DNA of 64,000 bases. Origin: Candidatus Latescibacterota bacterium (lineage in GTDB: Bacteria; Latescibacterota; UBA2968; SICM01). The notes beneath the pieces were generated by a model. It did no database searches. It saw only the letters and a program-made list of their open reading frames with translations, and was not told the origin of the DNA. Position numbers and translations under genes: made by a program. Each line of letters opens with the position of its first letter. Position 1 is the first letter of the stretch. Of this stretch, positions 19,210 to 31,026 are shown piece by piece. The DNA lies in NCBI GenBank assembly GCA_965217865.1, contig CBDCJO010000002.1, positions 3,328,001 to 3,392,000 of the forward strand. Direction: 5' to 3'.

Positions 19210-19605
19210 TCACGCAACGGCTACCATTTCAGCCGGTGGTGCGATCTGTCGTTCCTCATAGAGCAGCTGGAGCTGGAGCAGTTCGGTGGACGTGATGTTG
19301 ATATTCTGCCACCTGGCAGCGGCACGGATGAGAACAGCATAGACGAGCTTCAGGCAACTCTTTTCGGAGAAGAATCGCGGCAATGTTTTGGTTCGGCGGC
19401 GTTCCTCGACAAAGCTGCGTTCGATCAGGTTGGTGGTGCGGGCGAACTTCCGGAGTCGCCAGGGAAGCTGGAGGTGTGCGAGGAGAGCTTCGAGGTCCTC
19501 CGTGAGACACTTGCACAGACCGGGGAACTCCTTGCTGAACTTCTCCAGAAACTCTCGCACCGCACTTTGGCCGGCCTGAAGATCCGGGGCGTCACGAATC
19601 ATCAC
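19210..19605 (-). mobile_element. IS256-family transposase, C-terminal remnant
   Basis: RTTNLIERSFVEERRRTK...SEKSCLKLVYA. Confidence 0.8.
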
Positions 19606-19632
19606 CAGATACGGCTTGCACGGAGAATCTTC

Positions 19633-19917
19633 TGGATCTGTATCACCGGCCGTATGATCCGAAAGGCCCGTTCTCTAGCCAAACGCCTCGAATTGCACTA
19701 CACGCCCAAGCACGGCAGCTGGCTCAATGTCGCCGAGATCGAACTGAGCGTCCTTGCCAGACAACGCCTGGACAGCCGCATTCCTGACCTGCAGACCCTC
19801 ACCAACCAGGTGGAGGCCTGGAAATGTGATCGAAACGAGAAACACAGAACCGTTGATTGGCAGTTCACGACCACCGACGCCCGCATCAAACTGAAGAAGC
19901 TCTATCCCAAGTTTTAG
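19633..19917 (+). mobile_element. IS630 remnant with internal deletion
   Basis: LDLYHRPYDP joined directly to sequence matching 9478-9735. Confidence 0.8.
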
Positions 19918-19947
19918 GTGTCATGGTGTAGTAGTCCCCAGATTTCA

Positions 19948-20364
19948 TTATGCATCGGGAGAGAGAAGGTTCTTCAGCTTTCGGCTCACTGTAGCTTGTT
20001 TCCTTTCGACCTCACACTCCCAAAGTCTCAAGACTGTCCAGCCTTCTCTGCGGAGTTCGCGGATATTCCGCTTATCTCGGTCGCAGTTCTTGCGCAGTTT
20101 TTCCTCCCAGTATTCCCTGCGCGAATGAGGAATCCTGCCTTCCCCACAATGGGGGCACTGATGCCAGAAGCAACCATGCACGAGAACGATAGATCTGTAT
20201 TTCCTCAAGACAATATCAGGCTTCCCAGGAAGCGATTTTACATTCAACCTGTACCTGTAACCCATATTGGTTAGGATACGACGCACAATCCGCTCCGGTT
20301 TCGTATCCTTTCCACGAATCCGTGACATTACCTGACTTCTCTTCTCTTTCGTCCAAATATCCAT
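19948..20364 (-). CDS. vsr: Very-short-patch repair endonuclease Vsr
   Basis: MDIWTKEKRSQVMSRIRGKDTKPE, LPGKPD, VHGCFWH, LWEC. Confidence 0.92.
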   Translation of the reverse strand: MDIWTKEKRSQVMSRIRGKDTKPERIVRRILTNMGYRYRLNVKSLPGKPDIVLRKYRSIVLVHGCFWHQCPHCGEGRIPHSRREYWEEKLRKNCDRDKRNIRELRREGWTVLRLWECEVERKQATVSRKLKNLLSPDA

Positions 20365-20543
20365 GACTCTCCGGGCACTTGCTCGCCGAGTCGCTTGGAA
20401 GCGACCCTCTACACCGATGGTTTCGGTAACTTCGTCTCCTCTATCATCGCTTCGATTGCTGCCGACTGGAGCGATAGTTGCCGGGCGGGAATTGCACCCG
20501 CTGAAGATCGGCACCTTTCATGGCACACTGCCGCATTAAGGTT

Positions 20544-21584
20544 AATAGGTGTGAAAAAAGAGAAAGGGGTGACCCTAACCTTCCTTTATAGCAGTCCATC
20601 CAAAACCGTCCGGTGAACGCCGGGCATGGTAAGGAGAGAGTCGCCATGAGAGAATCTACACTGGAGTCCGTAGACCTGTCTATGTCAACGTGGGGCACGC
20701 TGGAAAGACTGGGCCCGCTCGTCGATCCAATCTCTTTTGCAGCAGGACCTGGAAGAGGACGCAACTACTGGGACGTACACGCTACGAGCGCTGATCGGGA
20801 GTGGACCGCAGTCCAGGGTCGCGCAACGGCCATGGCAAGCCTCGACGCGTGTCGTTGATGTCGGGCACCATCGAGGTGAGACGGCCTCGGGGCTGGGGAC
20901 TGAAGGAGCGCTTTGAGAGCCGCATCCTGCCGTTGTTCATGCGCCGTACGAAAGCGGTGACCGAGTTGCTGCCCGAGCTCCAAGGGGACTTCGAGCTGGC
21001 GTTGCGCGGTCTGCTGGGCGACAGAGCACCTCTGTCGGCCTCGTCGGTCGCCCGTCTGCGGGTGGGAAAGAGGAGTTCGAGACTTGGCAAGAGCGACGCC
21101 TGGACGATCGTGAGATGGTCTACGCCTGGACGGACGGCCTCTACGTCAAGGCTGGGCTGGAGAAAGACAAGGCAGCGTTTGCTGGTCGTTCCTCGGCACC
21201 ATGAGCGACGGACGGAAGGAGGTGCTGGCGGTCCGTCCCGGCCATCGTGAGCCGACCGAGTCGTGGTTGAACGTCTTGCGTGTTTTGCGCGACCGGGGGT
21301 TGTGCCGCTGTTGTTGATGGCCGACGGTACCCTGACCATCTGGAGTGCCGTCGGCCAGGTCTGGCCGGAGACGTCGCATCAGCGGTGTTGGAATCACAAG
21401 ATCATCAATGTGCTCGACGACCTGCCCAAGTGCGCACAGAGCAAGGCCTAGGCTCTGCTGACACAGATCCCCACGGCCGCCACACGGGCCAAGCCGAGGC
21501 CCGGCGTGACACGTTCGCCGCTCACTACCGAGACCAGCATCCCGAGGCTGCCTGATCTCATTTTACACACCTATTGACGCGACC
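20544..21584 (+). mobile_element. Degenerate IS256-family element
   Basis: Frameshifted RFESRILP, DGLYVKAGLEK, HQRCWNHK; inverted ends AATAGGTGTGAAAA and TTTTACACACCTATT. Confidence 0.75.
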
Positions 21585-22715
21585 TCGCTCATCGCAGATG
21601 AATGCCTTTAGGCTGACTGCGACTTGATGTGCTAATGGTACCGGAACGCCATTCGACACTACTGCGAACTTGTCTGTGAGTGACATATCCGGATGCAAAT
21701 GGTATTCGTCCGGAATGCTCTGAATTCTCATCGTTTCCCTGACACTTAAGCGGCGTTTCTTCCAGGGGTGAAGGTGCACCTCGTTGTGTCCATAACAAGC
21801 TGTGGGGCTGAACCTGTACCGGTGAAGTCTCTTGAATGACTTCCGTTTCGTGTCGCCTTCCTCTATGCTTGAGAACCTCTCTGAGTAGGCTGCAAAGACA
21901 TCCTTCCCGTTTGCTATCTCCTCAGGCAGCGAGCCAGAATTCAGGACGGAATCTACCATCAGCTCATAGGGTGTTCCTTTGGGCCGCTTCGGCCTGCCCC
22001 CGAACTTGCAAATTTGTGGCCAATTATAGCCTGCCCTCGCTCCCCTGTATGGGGGGGGGATATCGGGCCAGGGGAACCAATCCCTCTCCGACGAGCCGAT
22101 CTTCCGGCCAGCGCACTGGCCTGCAAATCTGGATTCTATTCCAATCAGTATGAGACGTTCTCGATCCTGTGGGATTCCCATTTCCAGCGCATTCAAGATT
22201 CTCAAATCGAGACAGTAGCCTTTGGATTCAAGCTTCTTTTCGAGCTTCTTCAGGAACTCGCGGTGAACGTGGACCCGGTATAGCCCAGCAACGTTCTCAA
22301 ACACGAAGAACCGGGGCATCAATGAGCAAACGCGGTTGAAGAAAGTCTTGGTCAGCTTGCCATTCACTCCCTTGACTCCGCGGTTTTTTCCTCCTGAGCT
22401 GAAATCTGGACAAGGAGGGCCGCCAATAATGCCAAAGGCTGACGGTTTTCCTTCTGGAAATGCTTGTGCAAAGATCTCAGGCGCAAACAGCCTCTTGATG
22501 TTCTTTGTATTGCTGATTTTCGCAGGTCCTGAATTCTTACCCGTGAATTCACGCCACCGGGACATGCCGTAGCTGTACATTTTTCCATAGGCAGGATTGC
22601 ATTCGTTAGTCTACACAATAGTGAAGCCCGCCTGCTCGAAACCCATATCGAGGAACCCGCCACCCGTGAAAAACGACAGGATAGTTGGCTCTATAACATC
22701 CTTGCTGCGAGTCAT
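21558..22715 (-). pseudogene. dcm: DNA (cytosine-5)-methyltransferase with in-frame TAG at codon 35; C-terminus abuts IS256
   Basis: SFFTGGG (motif I), GGPPCPDFS, ENV, PQDRER, RRLSVRE, NGVP; IV*TNE at 22611-22613. Confidence 0.88.
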
Positions 22716-22723
22716 CTTCTTCG

Positions 22724-23818
22724 TCACCGTTCCAAAGCGTACCCGGATGTAAGAGGAGTCTGAATATAAAAACCTTCGGATGAATCCCTGCGAAGGTTAC
22801 ATAGCATTACTCTTTTGGCGTCCTTTCCCAGGAAACCAAACCGCCCAGGTGACAATCCCCGCACTGCCACGGCACCCTGTTCCGAATCTATCACAGCCCT
22901 GATCGAACCGTTGCCCAAAATGCATATTTCCATGAGGTCTCCAGAAACATCCAGAGGCCATTCCGGGCAATCGCTTCTTATTCTCCAGTATTTCCTGCAA
23001 GCCGGGCGGTAGGCACAGAAACAACAGGCATCGGGGGAAGGACTTGCAAAGTGTTCTTGATCCGACCCCTTATCTATCATTTCGCTAATCCCGTCCTGCT
23101 TCTCCCCGGCCTCCTCAGCCAACTGTGAGCAACGGTCCTTATCAAGAGGGACATTGTACGCTTTCCCATCAAGGGTCTTCAGGGTAAGGCTCACCGGCCA
23201 TTCGCCGCGGACTTCATGATAGATCGCCGCGTACAAGGACAACTGCACTTCGTATGCCACCTTAACTTCATCCTTTTCCCCTCCTGGCTCCATGACAGCC
23301 CCCGTCTTGTAATCCACTATCTCCGCGCCGTTCTCTCTGTGCACTATTAGATCAACGAAGCCACCTAATCTGCCATCCTCTGTCTCAAGCCAGGCTTCAG
23401 ATTCGGTCTTCTGATCTTCGCTACTTGCCGGTTTGCGGCCGGATCGGCTCTCGACAATCTCTCCGGCAACAGCGAAGGTCAGGCGCTTTTTCACTTCATA
23501 TCTATAAGCATTCTTGAGCAGCGGGACCAGATGCTTCTCGGTCCTGGACTCCGACATTTCCGCTTCTACGTTGCGGGCTTCGCTATCCCATGCCTCCTGA
23601 AGTTGCTGCAGTGTATGGACTTTGCCTTGGCCAGCCAGCTCTAGGACCTTGTGCGACACGGAGCCAAGCCTGGCAGCGGGGGATACCGGAAGAAGGTGTT
23701 GCAGCCGTGCGGACGACCAGATCTCCCTCAATGGACACTGAAGCAACTGGTGATACCTGCTGGGCGAAATCCGCAGCATAGGTTGCAAGTCCATCCTTGG
23801 CACTGTGCCGGGAGACAT
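22724..23818 (-). CDS. PD-(D/E)XK (RecB/Cas4-like) nuclease
   Basis: ISPS...CP, GFVDLI..IVDYKTG, QLSLYA, CCFCAYRPAC. Confidence 0.85.
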   Translation of the reverse strand: MSPGTVPRMDLQPMLRISPSRYHQLLQCPLREIWSSARLQHLLPVSPAARLGSVSHKVLELAGQGKVHTLQQLQEAWDSEARNVEAEMSESRTEKHLVPLLKNAYRYEVKKRLTFAVAGEIVESRSGRKPASSEDQKTESEAWLETEDGRLGGFVDLIVHRENGAEIVDYKTGAVMEPGGEKDEVKVAYEVQLSLYAAIYHEVRGEWPVSLTLKTLDGKAYNVPLDKDRCSQLAEEAGEKQDGISEMIDKGSDQEHFASPSPDACCFCAYRPACRKYWRIRSDCPEWPLDVSGDLMEICILGNGSIRAVIDSEQGAVAVRGLSPGRFGFLGKDAKRVMLCNLRRDSSEGFYIQTPLTSGYALER

Positions 23819-26800
23819 CAGTCTCCCCTCGCCAACATTGTCCGGCAGGACCCTGGTCTCCGGAGCAGGTTGAATGTATCTATATATCCATCAACATCAC
23901 CGCCAGCCGCGACAATGGCATCAGCCAGGATCCCGCCGGGATTGTGAGTATTCCATAGTGGATGGACTACGAGAAATCTTCTTCCCCCCGCCGTGAATCC
24001 GGGCAAACTGCCCCAAATTACCGGTTGGTAATTGAAGTAGGAAATGAAGCTGTCCCTCAGACGGGCAGCCGTCTCAAGCCAATCTGAGAGCTCAGAACCA
24101 GAAAAGTCCCCATTTAAACCCGCCCGGTAATCAGGATCAAACAGGACCTTCAAATAAGTAATCGCGAGCCGCCAATCGAGGAGGCCGTGATATGTCATGT
24201 TTCGGTAGACTTTGAGGCAGTCGTAGCACGCGGAATACGCACTCCCGCCGATGAGCATCGCTATGGATCTGTGACGTATAGGATCCCTGTCCGCCCCCCT
24301 GGCAGATGTCTGCGAGGATTGCCAAGAGGTCTTCATATCCTTCCCTCACAAACCCTGCACCGTTCGGCAGCCTGTCGCTGAGGATTATATCAGCGACCCG
24401 TCTGTCTCCGTTGATTCTCCTGGTCGCTATGCTGGCAACTTCGATTTCATCAGGATCAATGTCCAGCCTGTCAGCAATCACTCGCTGCAGCACGAATGCC
24501 GCGGAATAGATCGCCGCTCTTACCGCGCTGTTCGACGAAAGAGGATCAAGCGTCAACCCCCTGTGGACGCCTGCCGGCGTAATACGCAACACTTCCGTGG
24601 TCTTGCCCGCAGCCAGTGCAATCCTGTCTGCATCCCCTCCATTGCCGAATCTGGACTCAATCCATTGATGCTCCAGCGGCGGAATCCCTCTGCCTCTTGC
24701 ATCATTGGCTGAAGGGGGTGGAGGAGTCCGGGTAATTCCTCCGTGGAACAGTCTGCCTGCATTATCGTTAATCCTCCAGACAGCCCCCGTCTCAGACAAG
24801 GTCTTCGTGCAGTTAGTTCCTTCCACTGGAAGACACCCTGAGTCGTCAGTCGATTCAACAAGGGCAGACGGAATTCCGAAAAGTACGTTCTCGTCTTCCT
24901 TCGCGTCCTCGCCTCTTGTAAGATTCGTGCGGAAGGCCTGAGGCACCGCGATCTGGAACTGGGTATACCGCCCGTCCTCTCCTCCAGGGTAGCCGCAAAA
25001 CGAGCACGAATCACCCGGGTCTTGTTCAATGCTTGTCCTCATAAAGCCGCACGCTTTGCATCTCTGTACCCAGCGTCTGAAGGGAAGTGGATTCTCCGAA
25101 GAAAGTGCCCACCTGGGCCCCCTACGGTAGATAGGTGGCGTAAAACCAATAGCCGTGTGAATCGCCTTGTCTTTGGTCTTCTGTGCGCCCGGTGCAAACT
25201 CCGTAATCGCCAACTCCAGATCACGGTCAATTGTCTTCTCGCCATTGCGACGCGTAAGCCGGTGATAAAGTACACGCGTCCTGGAGGGCATGCCAAACAT
25301 CGGAAGTATCGCCCCCTCCGCCAGGCGTTCGGCAAGCCCCTCGCCTGCCAGCTCTGGATTGACGGCGGCTTCATCAATGAGCATCGGCAATTCCCGTTCC
25401 AGCCACTCCAGATAATTCGTGTCGGGCCTGCCAAGGAGTGCCTGGATGACCTCCTGTTGGATTTCCTTCTGGTCTCTAAGCCAGTTTGCCACTGGCTCCC
25501 TGCTCTGCTCCCAGCCAGCTTGCCCGCGAGGATCCACTGCCAAACCAAACTCCCCGTGGCTGTCAGGCGGCCTGGGACTGTGCCACCAGCGCATTCCTGC
25601 ATCTCTGAACGCTCTTCGTAGGCACTCTTTTGCGAGAAGGCGACGCACTATGCGCTCTTGCCCCATTGTAAGGAACGGGACAGGTGGCGGGTCTCCAGTG
25701 ATCCTTTCCGGGAATGTGAAATAATGCTCGTCGTGGCTGCGACCCCGGCATAACGTAAGCACAAAAGCGAACGCCTGGCCCCGCCGGCCAGCGCGCCCCG
25801 CACGTTGCTGGTAGTTAAACCTCATCGGCGGCATGTTCGCGAGCATCACGGCTTGCAGATTGCCGATGTCTACACCCACTTCCATGGTGGTCGTAACGCT
25901 CAATGCATCGATTTCGTCTACGTGCTCCAGGAAATGCCTCTCTTGATCCGGCAAGTCAACGATGATTCCCCGGAAGTGCCGTTGCCGTTCGAGCTGGTTA
26001 TCCGTCTGCGCTGTAAGCTCCTCGCAATGAAGTCTTAGGGGCAGACGGCCTTCAGCCACTGATTTAGCCAGGTGGTTTGTGTCCCACAAGTCCGAACACG
26101 ATGTTTGAGAGTCTGCCGGAAGCGCCGCTTGGCAGGTTGTGCAAATACCCGCAGAACGGTGCAGATGATACCGCCCGCACCTCTGGCATTGCCAGACGGG
26201 GTCTTCCATATCCGCAACTCGCACATTGAGCATGCGTGCGGTCAGCTTTCCGTTTTCGTGTCCGGCCCGGCGCAACGCTTCGAAAATGGCATCGCCGAGA
26301 GCTAGCTCATCTGCTCCATACAATCCGGCTGCTTCTCTAATATATCGCTTGAATAAGGCGGTGAGGCCGCTATAAGATAGATAGTCGGTCTGCTGGTATT
26401 CAGAGCCCTCGTGCCGGTACTTGTCGCCTAGAATGCGCACGAAAGAATCGCAGGCCTGCACGAACTCCAGAAGAGGGAGGCCTGCGCTGTCCGCAAGCTC
26501 TTGAAGCCTGGAATCATCCGCTTCAAGCTTCAGCCACCCAAGCCCGGAGGATTCAAGTCCAAAGTACAGCCTGCCAAAGAACAGATTGCAAAGAGTCGCT
26601 ATCAGTGTTCTCCGGATCTTCTCCCGCCCGAAATGTGCTTCTTGTGGCAATCCCTGCCGCCAAGTCAGCCTGTCGAAGTCGAATAACACAGTCCAGTGGT
26701 GATAACGGTCGTCCCATCCAAACTCCTGGAGGAGAACGTCGTTTCCGGCAGGGTTAACTCCGGTACTGATTAGCCTTCTAATCAGCGCACCGCAGTTCTG

Positions 26801-28317
26801 AATGTCGTCCGGCGGAGGCAGGATCACTGAAATGGGGACAATCCTCCTCTGCCCGCGCGACCTCACGGACTCAATCTTCTGTCTTGCTCCGTCGATTTGC
26901 TCTACAACCGGCTCAGGCATGCCATCCCTGATCAGAGCCGCCATCTGTACAAGATTGCCATATTCCCTTTCTGCCCCAGGATGACTCTCTGCAAACGCCT
27001 GTGAGATTGGCGATAGGGGGTTCTGTTGCTCAATGTCCTCAAGGAGAGCTGGAGCGCTTGTGACCTCCGCTCGCAGTTCATCACACACGGTTTCCCTGAC
27101 CAGCTCGGAGTAGTGGTTACGCTCCACGCCGTTCGATATCTGGGCCGCGTCTTCCCTGCTGTCCGAGAACACGACCAGCTTGCGTTGCACATCCCTGCCT
27201 GCCAACAGCTGATAGAAAAGCTCCTTCGTTAAAATCTGGCTGACTTTTGAGAAACCGGTCCTGAACCCGCGAACGGGTGACATCCGGTTGCGCCGCCGAA
27301 CGTAGTTGCTACTACATGAAGGACACGCGCACGGCAAAGCCCTGTACTGCTCCTGTTCCTCAGGAGGGGCAGTGACTACAAACAAGTACCCCTTCGTCCA
27401 CTGCTCCGGATTCTCTTCTGCGTCCTCATGTGACAACCTGACGTGACCCGTCCTGTTATTGAGACTCGCACGTTGCCACTGACCCCATTCGGGCTGTCCA
27501 CCGCGATCGCCGAACCGGGACTGCCGCCACCGAGCCGGTTCGTCATACACCTGATCGCCTTGTGGCCAAAAAACAGCAAACTCATTATAGGTGCGGCGCT
27601 CAACAAATCTGGCTGCTTGCCTTTCGGGGATCCCTTCAATGTCGGGCGTTGTCGCCAACAACTCGATCACACCCTCATCCACGTTCAGCCTGCTTCCACC
27701 GAGGAATACGGTTCCGCAGTGTTCGCAATACAGTAGCTCCAAGACACGGTGGCCGTCCTCTGAGATGATCCGAGTTGATGCGTAGAGTTCCCCCACAGGA
27801 CGGTTGTCAATAGCGTCCGGCAGAGGCCTTGTGGAAGCCCATAATCCCTCAATGTTGCGGAAAAAGTAATGGATCCTGAAAGATGGAATCGTCCTGTCCC
27901 TGCTGTACCTGTCGAGGAGGGAGCTGGATATCAGCAGCCCCCTCGTCGCCATGACCGCGTCCGCCGCGGGCAGGCCAGTAAACAGTCTAGCCGCCATACT
28001 GCTGAGAGATACTGCCCGGACTCTCCCGTCGACGCTGCATGCATCAAGCAGCCGGGCTCTGAGATTACATCTGTCGAGTGCCTCAAAGAAGCCGTCCACG
28101 TCGCGGCTTTCTGTTCCGCCGAACATAGCAACAGCTTGTCCAAGCGTGGCCTCTGAAATGCTGTCCCCCTCTCCGGCAAGAAACATAAACGGCTCATGAG
28201 GCAATCCCGGACCCTCAGCAGGGATCGCCGGAACAGGAATCTGCGTTCCTTCGACTATGTTAAAGCTGGCAGACCCGAAGAAGTTCCGGAGGAATTCCTG
28301 GCTTTCCTCTCCCTTAG
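23818..28317 (-). pseudogene. Large DEAD/DEAH helicase with DUF1998 (DruE/DrmB-like); N-terminus removed at the IS, frameshift near 24237
   Basis: HYFFRN, YCEHCG, VFSDSREDAA, TTTMEVGVDIG, YQQRAGRAGRRG, DUF1998 C..ACYDCL; motifs I-III missing. Confidence 0.85.
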
Positions 28318-29843
28318 CAGCCTGTTGAAAAAGTGCGTTTATGCCAAGATGACTGTTGTCTTTCCTTGTGGTTTGGTCCTATGATATATCAGGTTCAAAC
28401 TGAGAAGGGAGGACGAGCAAATGGCAATGGGAAAACGAGGACGACAGAGACAGGAAAACCTGTTCATCGCATCGAACACTTTGGTGAAATCTCCGGGTCA
28501 TCCGTTCTACGAGAAGCTGAATCAGGTATTGGGGGCGAACGGCTTCGACGAGTTCGTCGAGGGGCTTTGCCAGCGGTATTACGCTCCTCATATGGGTCGC
28601 AAGGGCATTCCGCCCGGGGTTTATTTTCGGATGCTTTTGATTGGGTATTTCGAGGGACTTGATTCGGAACGTGGGATCGAATGGCGTGTATCTGACTCGC
28701 TGACGTTGCGCCGGTTTTTGGGGTATGCCCTTGACGAACAGACCCCGGATCATTCCAGCCTGTCTCGCATCCGGCATCGGCTTCCCTTGGAAGTTCACGA
28801 AGCGGTTTTCAAGTGGATCCTGAGGGTCTTGTGCAAAGCGGGTCTGGTGAAGGGGAAGACGTTGGGCGTGGATGCTACGACACTGGAGGCCAACGCCGCG
28901 ATGCGCAGCATTGTACGCCGTGACACGGGTGAAGGCTACCAGGCATTCCTTGAGAATCTGGCCAAGGCCTCGGGCATTGAAACGCCTACCCGCGAGGACT
29001 TGTCCAAGATCGATAAGAAGCGACCGAAGAAGGGATCGAACCAGGACTGGGAGCACCCGCACGACCCGGATGCCAAGATCGCTAAGATGAAGGACGGTCG
29101 CACGCACATGGCGCACAAGGTGGAGCACGCGGTGGATCTGGACACCAATGCCATTGTGGCAGTGGCGTTGTCGGGAGCAGATGAAGGAGATACCGAGTCG
29201 TTGCCCTGGACGCTGCTCGAGGCGCAGCTCAATCTCAAGCAGGTCGCGAAGGACGAAAAAGCTGCCAAACGTTTGCACAGACAGCGTATACGGGAGGTGG
29301 TTGCGGACAAAGGATATCATAGCAACGATGTATTGACCAGTCTGAAGCAAGGCGGCATCCGGAGTTACATTTCAGAACCGGATCGGGGACGCCGCAAGTG
29401 GAACGGCCGACGAGATGAGCAGGCCGCGGTATATGCGAATCGACGCCGGATCAAGGGAGATCGCGGCAAGGCCTTGCGCCGAAGTCGTGCAGAACGGGTG
29501 GAAAGAACCATCGCTCACACATATGATACCGGTGGCATGCGCAGGTTGCACTTGAGAGACCGCGGCAATATCCTCAAGCGTTTGCTGATCCACATCGGGG
29601 GCTGCAACCTGGCTCTGCTCATGCGCAAAGTGATGGGCGTAGGTACTCCGAAGGCCCTCCAGGACCTGGCCAAGGCCTTGCAGCGTCTACTGCTCGTCCT
29701 ACAATCACGTTTGCTGCCCTCGGTCACCTTTTTAACCTCTTATCAGCGTCTCCTGCTCAATCTCCTTACCTTGATTTATCCGACCCGCACTCCAGGCGTC
29801 TTTTCCGTTTATGTGCGTTGAAAGGTAGTTCTTCAACGGGCTG
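28318..29843 (+). mobile_element. IS5/IS1182-like DDE insertion sequence
   Basis: IRs CAGCCTGTTGAA and TTCAACGGGCTG; flanks TTAG and CTAA are not a direct repeat. Confidence 0.85.
28421..29821 (+). CDS. DDE transposase (DUF772 plus DDE_Tnp_1)
   Basis: TPDHSSLSR, VDAT, ADKGY, VERTIAH. Confidence 0.9.
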   Translation: MAMGKRGRQRQENLFIASNTLVKSPGHPFYEKLNQVLGANGFDEFVEGLCQRYYAPHMGRKGIPPGVYFRMLLIGYFEGLDSERGIEWRVSDSLTLRRFLGYALDEQTPDHSSLSRIRHRLPLEVHEAVFKWILRVLCKAGLVKGKTLGVDATTLEANAAMRSIVRRDTGEGYQAFLENLAKASGIETPTREDLSKIDKKRPKKGSNQDWEHPHDPDAKIAKMKDGRTHMAHKVEHAVDLDTNAIVAVALSGADEGDTESLPWTLLEAQLNLKQVAKDEKAAKRLHRQRIREVVADKGYHSNDVLTSLKQGGIRSYISEPDRGRRKWNGRRDEQAAVYANRRRIKGDRGKALRRSRAERVERTIAHTYDTGGMRRLHLRDRGNILKRLLIHIGGCNLALLMRKVMGVGTPKALQDLAKALQRLLLVLQSRLLPSVTFLTSYQRLLLNLLTLIYPTRTPGVFSVYVR

Positions 29844-30118
29844 CTAAGCACCGCCAGAGACTTGAACAATCTTCCAAACAAACAACATCCTGCACTTAAG
29901 GTAAATATCCCAATAGTCGCAATAGCCCAGTACATCCCAAGAGGCAGGTTTAGAGTCTTAGCTAATATGGGAATTGCCAATGTGAGCGTTATCACTACGG
30001 ATAGGAGCGCGTGAAAAAGACTGTTCATGGCATCCCACCGTTGTTGGATAATATCATAAGACTTCACGGCCAAATTATAGGCCAGGTCCACAGAGGGGTA
30101 TTTCGTTTCATCGTCCAT
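29844..30118 (-). pseudogene. Two-TM membrane protein truncated by the IS; possible IS1595 passenger
   Basis: GAGG RBS, ATG 30118, two hydrophobic helices, runs into the IS end. Confidence 0.5.
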
Positions 30119-30141
30119 AATTTAACCTCACGAAAAAAATG

Positions 30142-31026
30142 TTAGGCAAAGCACCCCTTCATGAACGTATCAAACGTCCGCTTGTTTTTCCGGTTGTTGT
30201 ATTTGTAGCAGGCTTCAGCCACGTAGAACGGCGTGTAACGCTTCGTGTAGTGATGATGTGAACCGTACCAGGCACGCTTGAGCAGAGACCACACGCCTTC
30301 AATCGTGTTGGTATGTATATCGCCGTCCGAGTATTGCTTGGCGTGGTGGATCACAGCGTGATTCATGATTTGCCTTACGGTATTATAGGCACTGAATTCG
30401 TCCGTGACAAGCACCGACTCCGAAGGGTCTATCGCCTGTTTGATGAAGGCCAGAACCCCCGTACCCGACAGATCGTCCGCCACACGGGCAACTACCTTTC
30501 CGCCACGTTCCACGGCTCCTATAACCGGAGTCTTGCGGGTTCCTCGCCCCCTTGGAGCATTGCCACCGCCACCCGAACGCTTGTTACGTTTCCGCGGCTT
30601 GCCTCCGACGTAGGTCTCGTCGGCTTCGACGATCCCACGCAACAATACCTTCCCCTGCCTCGTTGCCATCTCGGCACGAATCCGCTGTTGCACATACCAT
30701 GCAGACCGTTGCGTAAGGTTCAGGTCACGGGCAAGTTGGCAGCTTGACAGGCTTTTCTTGGCGTTCACGATCAAAGCGATTGCCATAAACCACTTCTGAA
30801 GCGGAAGATGCGTACCCTGAAACATTGTCCCCGAAAGGACGTTAAAGCTGGACTTGCATGCATGGCAGTTCCAACGCCCTACAAGACTTCCCTCTCTCTT
30901 TCGCGCGCACTCCCCAACCACCCCACACAGCGGACAAAACGGATCACTTCCGAACCGGACACGCTCAAGATGCTCAATGCATTTTTCCTGCGTCGGGAAC
31001 TTTTCAATTGCCGTCAACAAGTTCAT
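30142..31026 (-). CDS. IS1595-family transposase
   Basis: CPLC...CHAC Zn ribbon, VEADETYVGG, VTDE, HTNTIEGVWSLLKR. Confidence 0.92.
   Translation of the reverse strand: MNLLTAIEKFPTQEKCIEHLERVRFGSDPFCPLCGVVGECARKREGSLVGRWNCHACKSSFNVLSGTMFQGTHLPLQKWFMAIALIVNAKKSLSSCQLARDLNLTQRSAWYVQQRIRAEMATRQGKVLLRGIVEADETYVGGKPRKRNKRSGGGGNAPRGRGTRKTPVIGAVERGGKVVARVADDLSGTGVLAFIKQAIDPSESVLVTDEFSAYNTVRQIMNHAVIHHAKQYSDGDIHTNTIEGVWSLLKRAWYGSHHHYTKRYTPFYVAEACYKYNNRKNKRTFDTFMKGCFA

Noticed and set aside
22611-22613. Amber recoding or pyrrolysine in dcm
   Set aside because: TAG ends intact genes here (hflC, secG, radical SAM), the expected residue is Trp, and neighbouring genes are also broken
22724-23818. cas4 of a CRISPR-Cas locus
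   Set aside because: No cas1/cas2 or array; context is a helicase-methylase operon
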